Assembly (NCBI RefSeq): GCF_009914755.1
Contig: NC_060934.1
Length of the DNA: 64,000 bases
Strand: one strand, 5' to 3'
DNA from: the human T2T-CHM13v2.0 reference genome, Homo sapiens
Part shown: positions 47,640-63,189 of the stretch, piece after piece
How the letters are laid out: the number at the start of each line of letters is the position of its first letter
Numbering within the stretch: the first letter of the stretch is position 1
Translations under genes and position numbers: made by a program
Notes under the pieces: generated by a model
Databases searched by the model: none
The model's input: only the letters and a program-made list of their open reading frames with translations
What the model was told of the DNA's origin: nothing

Positions 47640-48059
47640 TTGTATGCAAAGAGTAAACATAGGGAGGCATTATGAATTGACACTGTAATTCAAGAGGTTA
47701 CCATAAAAAACAAAAATGGCTTCAAGAAACTAATTAGAATATGAATGTCAATGCTCTGTAAGATCTTAGAGAACATCTAATCACATTATAGATAGTAAAC
47801 ACCATGACACAAAGACATTCGCTGACTTACCTAAAGTCATATGATAGTAAAACTAGATCACAGGTCTTCCAACTCCCAAATCAATATCCCTCTCACCACA
47901 TTCTAATGGCCATATCCGTGTTTCACCTTAGGATATATGCTACTTCTAAATACGACTGCCAAATCCCAGCACAGAACAAAGTACTTTGTAACAGTGTTTT
48001 AGTTTTATATTTAAATGACATGCTTTTACTTCTAGTCTTATTCTTTATCACATTAGAAA

Positions 48060-48458
48060 CGATACTAGTGAGAATCACTTTGACTACAAGTAAAAGGCCA
48101 AAAATTCTAGAGGTAACTAGGGGTTGGTACAAATGTTCCTTAGTGTCACTGGTGTCACAGAAGACTAGCCTCCTATGTTTCTTCTCCCCCATATTGCTTT
48201 TGTCCTTACGGTCACATCATGGCTGCCATTACTCCACGAATTGCACTCACATTCCAGGTAGAAAGAAAGATGTAACAGAAAAGCAGAGGTGACAACTGTC
48301 TCAGAAGGTAAAACCTTTCCAGAAATCCTCAGCAGGCTTTTGCTTACATCTTAAGAAAGAGAGTTCATTTGCTGGTTTGTTTTTTAACCTAGGGCACTAA
48401 CACTCTAAACACAAGAGAGAATGGAGATTGGGTGGACAATGAACACTGTCTGTCACAA
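48060..48458. mobile_element. MLT1 (J/K-like) LTR remnant
   Basis: catggctgcc...cacattccagg; cagaaatcctcagcaggcttttgcttacatct. Confidence 0.6.
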
Positions 48459-50513
48459 GCAGCCATTTCTCAAGTTCTCATTAAATAATTCTTGTCATAG
48501 TATCTTCTTTTTTGTCAAGGGCATGAATCCTTTGTAAATAAAGAACTACAAACCTACAACCAAATAAAGTAAATTAGATGCTATAACTTTAGTTTTGTAA
48601 GCTTAAATTGTCAACATATATAGCAAAATGAGTACATTTTAAATATAAGCTGAAAACGATTATCCACCTACAAAATATCTGCGATATCTGAAATATCTAC
48701 AAAATATCTGAAAGGGTTCATTTTTGGATTTTTCTATTGCTTAAGTTATTAGCTATAATATTTCGCTGATCTAAGACCATATTATGGCAATTTTAACCAT
48801 CTAAAACACAGCTAAAAAAACAGGATGGAAGTAGAAACGTTCAGTAAGTCAAATCAACAAATGTATTGCAATTAACATTTATTGGTCAATTTAATAAATA
48901 TAACCTTCACGTATAGAATTTTTAAAGTGTAGTAATAGAAGCAAAAGCAAAATGCTAAGAGAATATAAAGAAAGAAACGATTCAATCTAACCTAGAGAGG
49001 TGAGGGGAGAACAAGTCAGAGAACATGCTTTTTGGCAGGAGTGGCACTGGAACCCGAAGGCTGATCGATAAGGAATGTGACTGCTGGAGAAGGAGGGAAA
49101 AACTCGCCATCCAGATGGAGCAGCACATTTGGGAAGCAGCAAGTATTCTGATGTAGCTGGCACAGAGGGTGCGTGGAGAGATTCAGTGATACAGCCAGAA
49201 ATACTGCATAGGTTAAGCCTGAATTCTAGGTTTTATGGCAAATTGTTTCAGAAAGCTATTTCAGTCAGCAATGGAAGGGTGGCACACAGAGTTAAATGAT
49301 CATGCTTCTTCTCGCCTCCTCCCCCTATCACCCTAAGAGAATTTCCAAACATCTTTACACGGATTCTTCATGTTTGGGCACCTGCGTCACCTATTTTCTT
49401 GCCATACTTAACAATTTGCAGCTTTCCCAACACATTGTGCCCTCTCTTATCTTCATGACTCCTCCTTTGGGATGCTCACACAAACTCTCTTTTTCCCTAA
49501 GCTAGCTAGCTAGCCTTTATGCATGCTTTCAGACTTGGCTCAACTGAGAGCATCAGTCACCTCATCAAACAATTTAATTCCTTCAGTCCTCTCACCACCA
49601 AATGAGGGAAAGTTAAGAGGGTCCGTTAAGTACCTCCCCGCTTGAGGTTCCATGAGCTTGTCTATTATAATGCCTGTCATACCACTGTAATCACTGACTT
49701 TTGTCTCTGACCACTTGCATCTGAGCTCCTTGAGGATATATCTCTACGCCCTTGCATCTAAGATGCAGCAAGTATTCAATATATGTTTATTGAATAAAAT
49801 GAATGAGGAGGCTACTGTCATAATCTAGAGGAAAAGTATGAAGGAATGAACGTGGAAATGGAAAGGTCAGGACAGATACCAAAGCTCCTATGTCTTAAAA
49901 ACAAGAGAGACCTTCAAGGCCCTTATTCAAAATCTACTCTTACTTTAGTACTAATTTTAATAACCTTGGTCGTTCGGTTCTCTACCTACAGAAAATGCAA
50001 AATGAATTTGAATTAAGAAAAATTCAATCATATTTAGCATACTTCTGTTTAACAAGATAGAGAAACATACACTGTTTTTCAAAAGTTTTAATTCAAATAA
50101 ACATGAGGCTTTTAAAGGAGAAAAGCAGGATCTTCAGTAACACACAGCTCTTATGATTACATTTACGCCTTACACACATCTGAAGAGATGGTGTGGCTTT
50201 ACTTTTCAGTCGGCTCGATGGTGTCTCACCTTGCCAATCTAGTGGAGCTTGGCCCTAGAGATGCAGGCTAATGAGGACATTTGAAGGGAAAACGGTGAAA
50301 GTTTGTTGTTCCAATTTGCATAGTTATCACTCGCCCCATCCTTTTCCCTGGTCCACCAGGTTACATTGTCTTAACTCTGCCCATGACAGCCTCAGGTCAA
50401 AACACACTAACCCACTAGACTATGTTGCCTAACTAAACAAACACTTATTAGACAAGACTGTCTTAACAAATGCATGTTACACCATTCATCTAGTCTTTCA
50501 TTCACTTTTATAA

Positions 50514-50844
<331 letters not shown>

Positions 50845-53055
50845 TAATTTTTAACCATATCCTTGACTCTTACTTAGCATAAGTTTGTTTCTATCGCATA
50901 CCAAGGAAAACTATTTGATAAAAACTTCTCTCAAACCATTTATCGTAATTTTATCCCCAACTTTGATACTTCTAGGATAATTTTCTCTTCACAAATCAAT
51001 TTTTCATACTATTTATAATATTAATATGAATACAATACTTAGAAATGCTACATTCTCTCTACATCCATCCAAATTCATATCATATTTTAAAGAACTGAAT
51101 TTTTTTTTTTAAATTCTCTTCTTAGGGGTCAGTGTTTTATATTTGTCCATATGACTTTTTTTTTCAAGGAGTCTGTCAATATGAAAAATTGGTAAGATGT
51201 AACAATATTCTGCAAAAGGATAAAATAGTAAATTGGTTAATGATGAAGAACACTATTAGAAGAGGTTTGAAAAAGCAAGCTTCTAAGAAAAAAATCTATG
51301 TATATACTTCCTGTTTTTCACAAAAAAAAAAACTGTCTGAAAAATTTTAAACAAAAGTCTGAGAACAAAAGCCATTCTACTACTTTAATATACTACTCCT
51401 ACTACTTTAATATAATAAGATATAAATATCTTATTTAATATATAACTATCTTTTGGTAGTATTTTTCATATATCCACATGATGTTTCCTGTAATATATGA
51501 GATATATCTATATATGAGCATTTTAAAAGGCACAAAAATTATTATTCTTTTCCCTGGGTATATTCCAAGTAACTATGATTGTGAATGAAAACAAAAACTA
51601 AAAAAAATTCCAATAAAAAATTCTGACTGTAAAGGTCAAACTACATAAATCTGACATTTTCAAACAGATGGGATTAAATTAACTAATTTATATTCTCTGG
51701 AAATAGTAAAAGCTATTTTCTTTAAATACCTAATTGTTAGAATCCTGCTATTTAGAGATGGGAATGTAGTTTTCTATTTCAGAAGGGGAGCAGAAATAAA
51801 GTAGAAAGCAGGAGATAAATAACTGTAAAGTATCCTAAATAATACTGCCACATTTTCAAAGGTAAATGACAACAGTCTCTCTGCTTTTTGAGATGCGTAT
51901 CTGTTCAATCACTTAAATACCACATTCTTCCACAAAATGAAATAAAAAAAAAAAGACAAGATGTCTAAGATTTCTTTCAGCTCTAATATTCTTTATATGG
52001 TTGACTATTTTATGTATCACAATTCATACTATCATGCTAAATCATTTTACTAAGACTTATGGAATCTCATAAGCTTTACTTTAAAACACAGATTATATCA
52101 CATTAAAGAAAAAATATAAAGTAATCTACATTTTATATCTGAGTTATATGTACACTTTTCAAATCATATAAAGATAGAATGCTTAATACATGTGAATGCT
52201 TACATGTGAAAAGGCTGATATATCAATTTACCAACTGATTTTAAACCATAATTTAGTGAAATTGCCAATATAATCAACTGACTTGATGGCCTGTGATTTT
52301 TGAAAATCAATTCCTAATTATCATTTTAGAATTGTACTATTTTAAATGCTTAAAAAGTAAAATATATAAGTATATCTTTAAAGATGTATCTACATTAGCT
52401 CATTTAAGATCTGTAAGTTAGACATGCAATTTTAAAATGTTTTCAAAAATGTATTTCAGCATATTCTAGACACACGCTATGAATATGACTGTTTTTAATA
52501 TAATTAACATTGACTAAACATATAATCATAAACAGAATTATTCACTAAAAAAGGCAATAAAATCTACTATTCATTGGCTAAATTCATATTTATAACTATT
52601 ATTTTATCAGCTATTCACACAAATAAAAATCATCTAGTTCTTATGTTCTACCACAGGCAGAATCCTAGCTTGTTCTCTTCTGATGTCTGCTATGAATATT
52701 TATATTTTAAAATTAAAAGAAATGAGGATTACAAAAATTATTCTTCTACCTCCAAAATACATAATGCAAGAGGATCTTTAAAACATGAAAAGTACTATTA
52801 CAGCAGCAATGCAATAACCTCCCCTTACTCTGTACCTCTTAATAATATCCCCCTAATTTTTGTTCAAAAACAGTAATAATGAGGCATGTTAACAATTATG
52901 CCATTACCTGATCCTTTTCAGATACCATAATATATCAGAAATGCAAAAGCATACACGGAAACTCAAAACCCCTTTTTATAGCACATCCTTGGGTCCATAC
53001 TTAGCAAAATCTGAGTGCCCTGAAAGTGCTTGATTGTTCATTCTGCTAATCCTAC

Positions 53056-53128
53056 CTTCCTTCACTGTGGCTGCTTTTTGCCTTGATGGTGTCACCAGCT
53101 CCTTTACAATCTGCAAGACTTGAATCAT
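53056..53128 (-). CDS. USP6NL: USP6NL alternative first coding exon (distal), MIQVLQIVKELVTPSRQKAATVKE(D)
   Basis: ATG at 53128 (gcaATG) with an in-frame TAA 9 nt upstream; 73 nt (24 codons + G); donor GAAG|gtagga; in frame with 6910-6977. Closely resembles a mouse Usp6nl N-terminus as I recall it (MIQVLQLVKELVTPSRQKAATAKED). Confidence 0.9.
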
Positions 53129-53360
53129 TGCTAGTTAACAAGCCAAAGACTCCAGCTGCTTCCTCTAGAAATCCAACAGGTTTCATCACCAGAAGCTCAT
53201 TTCTGCTTTCAGAAAGCTCAAGCACGAACACAGTTCAACTTCAGAGAAATGAATGCTTTGCCTAGCTATCCATGAAGGCTCTGAAGCAGTTAATAAGAAA
53301 CAACGAAAGGATAGGCTGTATCTTCTTGAAATGATGGATTCAAAGTGATTTCAGCACGTG
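53129..53360 (-). promoter_or_regulatory. Putative 5' leader/promoter of the distal alternative exon, with three uATGs and an E-box
   Basis: uATGs at 53273, 53200 and 53186; CACGTG at 53355-53360; possible acceptor cttcag| at 53281. Confidence 0.4.
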
Positions 53361-55204
53361 TGAAAGCCCCATCCTCAAAGTCCAAAATGTATTACTATGC
53401 ACAGCCTTAACTAGTTATAAACAAAACAAAACAAAATGTGGGTAATCTTCTGTAAATCACTAAGCAAAGTGAAAACATTTTCTCACAAAAGCCATGACAG
53501 AAAAAATAAAGTGCTCTGCTATAAATTTTCACAGTGCATCACAGATGCTATGTGCAAGTTTTTAAGTAGTCAACCAAAATACCCTGCACTGTCGAAAGCC
53601 TTAATACTTTTTTCCAATTTCTCAAAAACCTTGTATTTGAAACGGAAAATAAAATGTGGATAAAAATAAAATCTATCTTGCTAACTCTAAGCTCCCAGAT
53701 TTGCATAAAAGATATGGTGCCTCAAAAATATCCTATAAATTCCTTGTCCTCCTCCTCACATATACACCTCTGACATCCCAGTCCATGAATAGAAGTCTAA
53801 ATTCACATGCACACTAGAAATTCCCATAGGAGTCTGTAAATTCAATGGTCTCAACATCCAGCGGCATGGACCAGATAATTTCAAAACAAGTATAACCACT
53901 GCTCCTTCCATATGATGTTTAACAGCCAAGTTGTAACAAATGCTGAATTAATATTTAATATATTTGTTATATGTTCTATTTATCCCATAGCAGCCCTTCT
54001 CAAAGTAAACCTACAGAGTTAACTAAAAGAGAAAAATGACACTCAGGTGAACATGGCTAAATGCTATGTTTATTAAACTGATTCTCCACCAGCAATTTGT
54101 TCCTCTTACTGTACTGCCAATTTTCCTCTCCTATTTTTCTTTCCTTCCCATGAATTATTTTGACATTTTTAACATATCATAAAATATTAGATCCCAGAGC
54201 AAATCAGAGGCAGTTCCTTTGCCTTCAGACAGTTAAAGGCTTGTTATTTTCCCATTTTTCAGCTGGACAACTGAGCACAGTGAATCAACCAAGGTTACAA
54301 GTAAACCGATCCAAAAATCAGCCTTCTGCTTTCTCTCCAGCAAGCACCGTCTGTAAAAATGTCTAGTTTTAAAATTCAAGGTGAAGTTTTCAGCTCTTCA
54401 GACACGACGTGCTACACCATGTACATATATACCACCCATAATGTATGCTCCATATGGGTGTTAGGTTCAGAAATCAGTGCTCCAAGCCATGACAGTGAGA
54501 AAATACTTGGAAAGAGAGGACAAAAGAGGACCACTCTCCTAATTCCCTATTATCTTTAAAGAATATGTTCGTACTCACAAACTAAATCAAAGTAAGAGTT
54601 CAGATGGGTCAAAAACTAAGTTTTAAACCTCAAGTCAAAACTGTGATCTTGAATCCTTCTGTAGATGTAAATTTAAACAAATAAAAGTAGAAATCTAACT
54701 CCTCAATTCAAGTTTCCCCAATTCTCTCTGTGCCTCATCCCACTTCCTAGGGCAGTTTGGGACACGTAATAAGTGTTAAGTATCTACTGCCTTTGTTTTC
54801 CAATCATGTTTCCAGCTCCTGAGAAATTACTTCCTCTCTTCTGGAGAGAAGATCTTTGGAAGGTACTGTTTTGACAGGTAACTTTCCATTAGCTTTCCTC
54901 TCTCCCAGTCTTTCTCTTTCTGCAAGGAAGGAGATAAGCAGGACATTAACCTCTCAGTCAACTATTTCCTCCATACCTGGCCAGGGAAGAGAGGAGTATC
55001 TAAATTCATGTCTCATAAATTTCAATCATCATCTTCCTTATCTCACTGGTATTATCACTGGTTTTGAAAATGAAAATCACATAGCAATCACTTTGAACAC
55101 ATTGGTTCACTACTGTCAATGCTTAGCTTCTGCTAAGCAATCAATAGCTTTTTCTTGTTTCTCTCATTTTTCATCACACATTGCATCAGTAAGAATATCT
55201 GATC

Positions 55205-55692
55205 ACATACTCTGATGTATGTAACTGAGCTGAACTCTTTAAAATGCCAAAGTCATAGAAGACAAAGACAGACTGAGAAAGTGTTACAGATTAATCGAGT
55301 CAGGATAACAAAATGCAAAACAGGATCCCAGATTAGATAGTAGGCCAAAAAGGGTGAGGGGAAATACGGGACATTTTGGGAGAAGAGGTGAAATTTGAAT
55401 ATAGTCTATAGATTCATCAGTTAATTTCCTAACTATGACCACTGCACTGTAGTTATGTAACAGAACATCTTGGATTTCAGGATATATACTTCAAAATAGT
55501 TACGGGTAAATACTTCAACTCACTCTCTAACACTTCAGGAAAAAAAAAAAAAGCAATAATATTAACACAGGATGAGCAAACAAATGTCATAAAATGTTAA
55601 CGCTGGGGAAATCCAGGTAAAAGAATATGAGAATTGTCTATGCTATTCTTGCAACATTTTCCTAAGTCAGAAATTATTTCAAAATAAAAAAT
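55205..55692 (+). mobile_element. Old L1 3' UTR remnant
   Basis: tgctattcttgcaacatttt...aaattatttcaaaataaaa. Confidence 0.7.
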
Positions 55693-55807
55693 TAGATCCT
55701 GACTCACTCTCTCTGGAGTGTACCCAGAAGAGGCATGGTGGAGCAGTGGGACAACATAGGTGGATCTTCTCACTTCAGTATTTTATCCCACTGGTCAATT
55801 CCCTCCA

Positions 55808-56170
55808 TGCCGTGATCTGAATGTCTAAGTTCCCCCAAAATTCCTGTGTTAAACCTAACCCCCAAGGTGATGGTATCATGAAGCAGGACCTTTGAGAGTT
55901 GATTAAATCACAGGAGCAGAGCTTTCATTAATGGGCTTAGTGCCCTTACAAGAGGTAATCCCAGAGAGCTGCCGTGCCTTTCCACGACGTGAGGAGAAGC
56001 TAGAAGGCGCCATCTATGAACCAGAAAGCAGGCCCCTAACAGACATTAAATCTGCCAGTGCCTTGATCTTGGACTTCCCAGCCTCCAGAACTGTAAGAAA
56101 TAAACTTCTATTGTTTGTAAGCTATCCAGCTTATGATATTTTGTTAGAACAGCCCAAACAGAATAACACA
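55808..56170 (+). mobile_element. MLT1A-like MaLR LTR
   Basis: gccttgatcttggacttcccagcctccagaactgtaagaaataaa. Confidence 0.9.
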
Positions 56171-56471
56171 AGGGCTACATCCCATTGGTTAAATTGACTG
56201 TAACTTCATAATAAGTCCTGTTATCTAATAGAAAAAAATCCTCCCTCTCTGATATTATTCAGAAATGTCCTAGCTACTTTTGGCTCTTTATCTTTCCACC
56301 CTTTCCATATAAAATTTAAAATCACCTAATAAGTTCCCTGGTAAGCCTGATTGTGATTTAATTTGAATTTCATTGGTCTATATGCCAACTAGGTAGAAAT
56401 GATATTTTTCAGATACAAAGTTTTCCTGTACAAAAAACATGGTATATTTCTCTATTTCTAGGTCCTCCTAA

Positions 56472-56813
<342 letters not shown>

Positions 56814-56934
56814 TAGAATTCTTACATATCTTTCATTAGATTTATTTCTATTTTTTCTGATACTATTGAAAACGGAGTCTCTTAATTGCCTTTTCACTGC
56901 TGATACATAAGCATGCAACTAACTTCTGTATATT

Positions 56935-57285
<351 letters not shown>

Positions 57286-57402
57286 TTGTACCTTAGTACC
57301 TGTAGCTACATTGTTAACATCTTCCTTATTTCTAACAATTTATGTGTAAATTCTTCTGGTTTTCTCTACCTAATAAAAGAAAAAAAAATACAGGTGATGT
57401 TA

Positions 57403-57708
<306 letters not shown>

Positions 57709-57924
57709 TAATTTATGAACAATTCATTTCCTCCTTCCAATCCTTATACTTCTAATCCATTTTTCTTGTTTTACTGCACTGGCTAAGACCATCAATACAA
57801 TCTTTAATAGAAGTGGTTCTAACCGGCATACTTTTCTACTTTTTTAATTTTAAAGGGATGCTTTCAACATTTTCCAATTTAAGATGATGCTTGCTTTAAG
57901 CCTTTTATAGATACTCTATCAGGT

Positions 57925-58050
57925 TACTCAAGAGGCAAAGGCGGAAGGATCCCTTGAGCCCAGGAGTTTGAGGCTGCAATGAGCTATGATTGCACCACTG
58001 CACTCCACCTCTAGCCTGGGCAACAGAGTGAGACTCTATCTCTAAAAAAA
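57925..58050 (+). mobile_element. Alu monomer fragment (FRAM/right-arm-like)
   Basis: cttgagcccaggagtttgaggctgc...cagagtgagactc. Confidence 0.88.
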
Positions 58051-58307
58051 ATAAATCAAAATTATTTTTTAAAATTTTTAAAGAATTCAGATATAGACAC
58101 CCTTCATCAGGTTAGGGAAATCCCCTTCCATTCCTGATTTAGAACAGTGATTTGAGAATGTTATTTTTAAATGTCAATACAATATATGAAAATATCATCC
58201 TTTATAACTACAGAATTTAAAAGCTACAATAAAAACCTTTCTATTTCAACTTAAAAACCTGAGGGATCAGTTTATGTCATTTTACTAGGTACTTGCTAGG
58301 TACATGC

Positions 58308-58477
58308 AGTGATGTGCCACATCTCGTTTATATCAGCTTGCTGGTAGCTTGAAGTTTTAAAATTGACTGTGGTGGGTGTTTTTATACCACAGAAATTAGC
58401 AAACACTACAATCGGGGTTTTCCCCCTCCCACACTCCCCAGTAGCTGGTTGTTAAACATTTACCAGCACAACACTGG
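58308..58477 (+). mobile_element. MER63A-like hAT transposon
   Basis: TIRs cagtgatgtgc / gcacaacactg; gttaaacatttaccagcac. Confidence 0.8.
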
Positions 58478-59209
58478 ATGCAGGGGGAAAAAAAGTTTGA
58501 AGATCCTGTAAGTAATACTTACATTCATTCAACAAGCATTCATTGAGCATTTACTATGTGCTAGGTAGGCACTGGGAATTAGAGACTTAAGACACTCATA
58601 ACCAAGAAGAATGTGCTAAGTGGCAAAGTAGCACCAAAACCAATTTTGAGTTGACAGGGCAGGTTGCAATACAGAATCAGGAACCAGGCAATGTAACATC
58701 AGAATACCATATGGAAAAATCTTTCAAACCACAAATTGATAATCACTTCCCTGTCTAAAAACATTAATGGCTTTCCATTTGCACACAGATAAGTTTAAAT
58801 TCCTTAGCATAGAGTGTGGCCTCATTAATAAGATAGTCCCCATCTATCACTGCAGACACGATTCCTGAAGTTTCTTGCCAGTACTACTTCAATTACATGC
58901 AGTGCGCACATGACACTTTCCTCCATTCCCTGAATACAACACCATTGCCTTTGTATATTCCATGCACCCTGCCTACAGGAACTTCCCCATTTTCTCTACT
59001 CAGATTTTCAAGACCTAATTTTTGTTATCTCCTTAAAGAGGTCTTCCCAATCTTATCAGGGCATTAATTAGCTGTTCCCTCTCTCCCCATACCTACAACA
59101 CCCTATACATACCTAAATCTATCAGAACGCTTATCCCAGTGAATTTTAGCTATTCACAAGTTATTTTCCTGCCCCAGACCATGTCCCTCATGGGGGAGAT
59201 AGACTAGAT

Positions 59210-59575
59210 CTACAGTCTGCAAACATTTTCTATAAAAGCTAGATAGTAAATGTTTTCTATTTTGTGAGCCATGTGGTCACTGTTGTAACTACTCAACTCT
59301 ATTGTACAATACACAGACAATACACACATGAATGTGCGTCCAAATATGACCCATAGGCTGTAGTTTGCAGATTACAAACCACCAGTGGAGAGTGGGGGGG
59401 GGGGGGGGGCAGCAACGTCTAAAGACACTTTTGATAGTCACAACAGGAGGTGGGGTACTATGGCATCTAGTGCATAGACCCAAAGATGCCGGTTAACATC
59501 CTACAATTTACGTAACAGCCTCCACGAGAATTATCTAGCCCCAAAAGTCAATAGTGATGAGTTGACAAACCCTGC
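59210..59575. mobile_element. MER58-like fragment followed by a MER20-like element
   Basis: ctgcaaacattttctataaaa...tagtttgcag; tggcatctagtg...gaattatctagccccaaaagtcaatagtg...aaaccctg. Confidence 0.8.
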
Positions 59576-59999
59576 CCCAGACCATGTCCCTCATGGATGG
59601 TGACCTTGTCCTGAGTAACATCTGAAGCTTTCCTATTATAGCTTTAGACTCATTAGTTGTTATTTAATAAAGATTTGGGTATATCAATAATTAAACAATA
59701 TAATTTCTAAAAATTTCCTAATTAGACAAATCAAAATCATGATCTCCATTTTGGCAGAAAGAATCAAAAGCCTTAGCCTTTTGCATACTATCTGAACAGT
59801 AATATTATGACAGTAATTTTATATTAACAAATATAGTCATGCACACAAATTTAGCTACAAGGATGTTTGCAATGTGTATTATTTATAATTGCAAAAAAAA
59901 TGGGAAATAATCGAAATGTCCGACAACAAGAACTTAATAAAGTTTCAGTGAGTGTACACCATGGAATACTAGACGGCATTAAAAAAATTGCATTCTAGA

Positions 60000-60170
60000 C
60001 AAGTGATTGTCAATCTGCAGTGAAATCACCTGGGGAGTTTCAAAGGACTGATGGCTGAACCCATCCACAGGGACTGTGACTTCATTGTCCTAGGGTGCAG
60101 CCTGGGCACCACAAAGTTTAAAAGCTCCCCTAAATGATCCTAACCTTCAGCCATGGTTCAGAACCACCAT
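60000..60170. mobile_element. MER5A-like hAT transposon
   Basis: aatcacctgggga...agaaccacca; flanked by ttctaga on both sides. Confidence 0.8.
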
Positions 60171-60251
60171 TCTAGAAGAATGACATAGGAAAAGCTAACT
60201 ATAAATGACTATGTAAACATGAAAGGTATAAAATATCATGATTTCACTCGT

Positions 60252-60352
60252 TGGATGGATGGATTGATGGAGGAATGAATGGATGAATGACGAACGGATA
60301 GATGATGGATGGATGGATGGATGGATGGATGGATGGATGGATGGATGGATGG
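60252..60352. repeat. (GGAT)n tetranucleotide repeat
   Basis: Degenerate 5' part, perfect 3' part. Confidence 0.95.
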
Positions 60353-61120
60353 GGGAGGCACACAAAGGAAAAATATCAAAATCTTGTTTGGCCCTAAATA
60401 TAAAAAGTACAAGAGTACTGGTATAATTCTAAAGCAAAATTATACTATTATTCAGAGCAAATAATGTTATAAGTAATTCAAACCAACACCCTAGACTCTT
60501 AAAGAATTACAAACTAATAGGTCTCTATTTTCTTCTTTTTGTCAATACACATCTCTAATAGTTTTTCTTATTATTATAATAATAATGAATGTTCACTATA
60601 GAAAAATAAGAATCTAACACTAAGCCAAAAGAAAATAAAAATCTGTCTTAGGTCCCACATACAGAGATAAGCACTACTGACAATCTTTTAGACTTACTTT
60701 GTACTTTTTGTTACTGATTTTACAAAAGTGAGGTACTATTATGCATATTCTTTTGGAACTAACGTGTTTTCACACTTTCATATGTGTCATCAACATCACT
60801 TTTATGCAAAAAACACAGACAAGAATATTTGGACTCTGCTCTAAGCCTACAAATTCTTTTGATCATACGAATAACAACCCAGCATCTTTTCATTCTTGGC
60901 AATGATTCAGACTTTTTTTAACCCACTTTTCAGAAAACTTTTTTGGCTTTCCTGGAAATACATTTCAGAATTGAACTACTGTCATCCTTTTCAGAACATG
61001 TAGATAAATGAGATGAAAAAAATGTGAGAGATGATTTTATTGTGACAAACATAATCTGTAAATATTCAAGATGTCCACTGGCCTGAAAATATAAAGAGAC
61101 TGTAGGATATTAAACTATAA

Positions 61121-61844
<724 letters not shown>

Positions 61845-62628
61845 TCTACTTAAGTTTTAAAGGAGGAAAAATATAGTCACTTCATTCTAGAATGTAGAAA
61901 ATCAACCTCTACAAACTTCTACAATATAAATTACAGCACATTACTACAAAAAATAAAAATTCATTGACAACTTGAAATTGTCAGATGTGGAAAGAGCCAC
62001 AGAATATGTGTTTATGGATGACAACATTATCCTTCTCTCATATAATTTCAAAGCAGATTATATGATAGTAATTGTTTATGAACAGAAGTATTTGTATTAA
62101 CAGAATTAAGTTAGCAATTCTTTGAAAATCAGTCTTTGAAAATATTTTATCAAATGATAATTCATTTTGCTTATAAAGAGCAGGCAAGAAGCTTCTCAAC
62201 TCTGTAGCTCAGTGGACACTATCATAAACACATACAAAGCTTCACAAACACGGGAAATAAAAATATATTATTCCAATTTATCTTCACAACAATGAGAAAT
62301 TCTTAATCTACTGACTGTACAGAGTGTATTCTAAAGGCAATAAAATCCTGTTCATTCATATAAGATTTCTTATGTATCTAGTATGTAAGAGGTACCATGC
62401 GAATTGCTGTTTTACAGGGGTAATCAACCTCCTTCCATTCTACAAAGATAAACCAGCATTAAATAAATAATTACAAAATTAATGATTAAATTACAATTGA
62501 GATGATTCTTGCAAATAAAGGATGACAGGAGAGTTGTGTCCTTACATGGAAAAAGAGTGTGAATTAAAAGCTGTACATAATATACTATAACTGAACATAC
62601 TCTAATTTACATATTATTACGTTTTCAA

Positions 62629-62933
62629 TTTTTTTTTTTTTTTTTTTCCCTGAGACGGAGTCTCGCTCTGTCGCCCAGGCTGGAGTGCAGTGGCACCATC
62701 TCTGCTCACTGCAAGCTCCGCCTCCCGGGTTCACGCCATTCTCCGCCTCAGTCTCCGAGTAGCTGGGACTACAAGAGCCCGCCACTGTGGCCGGCTAAAT
62801 TTTTTTTTGTATTTTTAGTAGGGACGGGGTTTCACCGTGTTAGCCAGGATGGTCTCAATCTCCTGACCTCAGGATCCACCCACCTCAGCCTCCCAAAGTG
62901 CTGGGATTACAGGCGTGAGCCACCGCGCCCGGC
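62629..62933 (-). mobile_element. Alu (Y-like)
   Basis: Y diagnostics; TSD tac(g/a)ttttcaatt. Confidence 0.97.
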
Positions 62934-63189
62934 TACTACATTTTCAATTTTTTAAGGAAGTCTCTCCCATTGTGTAGAACTGACTTCTCTTTTAACTTTG
63001 CAAAGCCACATGCAAATGGACACACAAATATGGAAGAAAAGAGATTTAGTCATAATAAGGAAATTTAAATATGACTTCATTTTCAAAATCAAAAATTCAA
63101 GAAAACAGAGCATTCAACCAACCTGGACCTACTCTAGATTCCAACAAAGCTATCAAATAACATTATTAGTTTTTAAAAAATTCGTTATT

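Noticed and set aside
47804-48292. 162-aa ORF on +
   Set aside because: Spans MIR and MLT1 remnants, with no domain-like content.
50230-50267. Possible 38-nt exon on - (cattag|...CAAG|gtgaga)
   Set aside because: Only a moderate acceptor, and such pairs are expected by chance in a large intron.
53083-53265. 60-aa ORF on +
   Set aside because: Antisense shadow of the distal USP6NL exon, with a non-ATG start.
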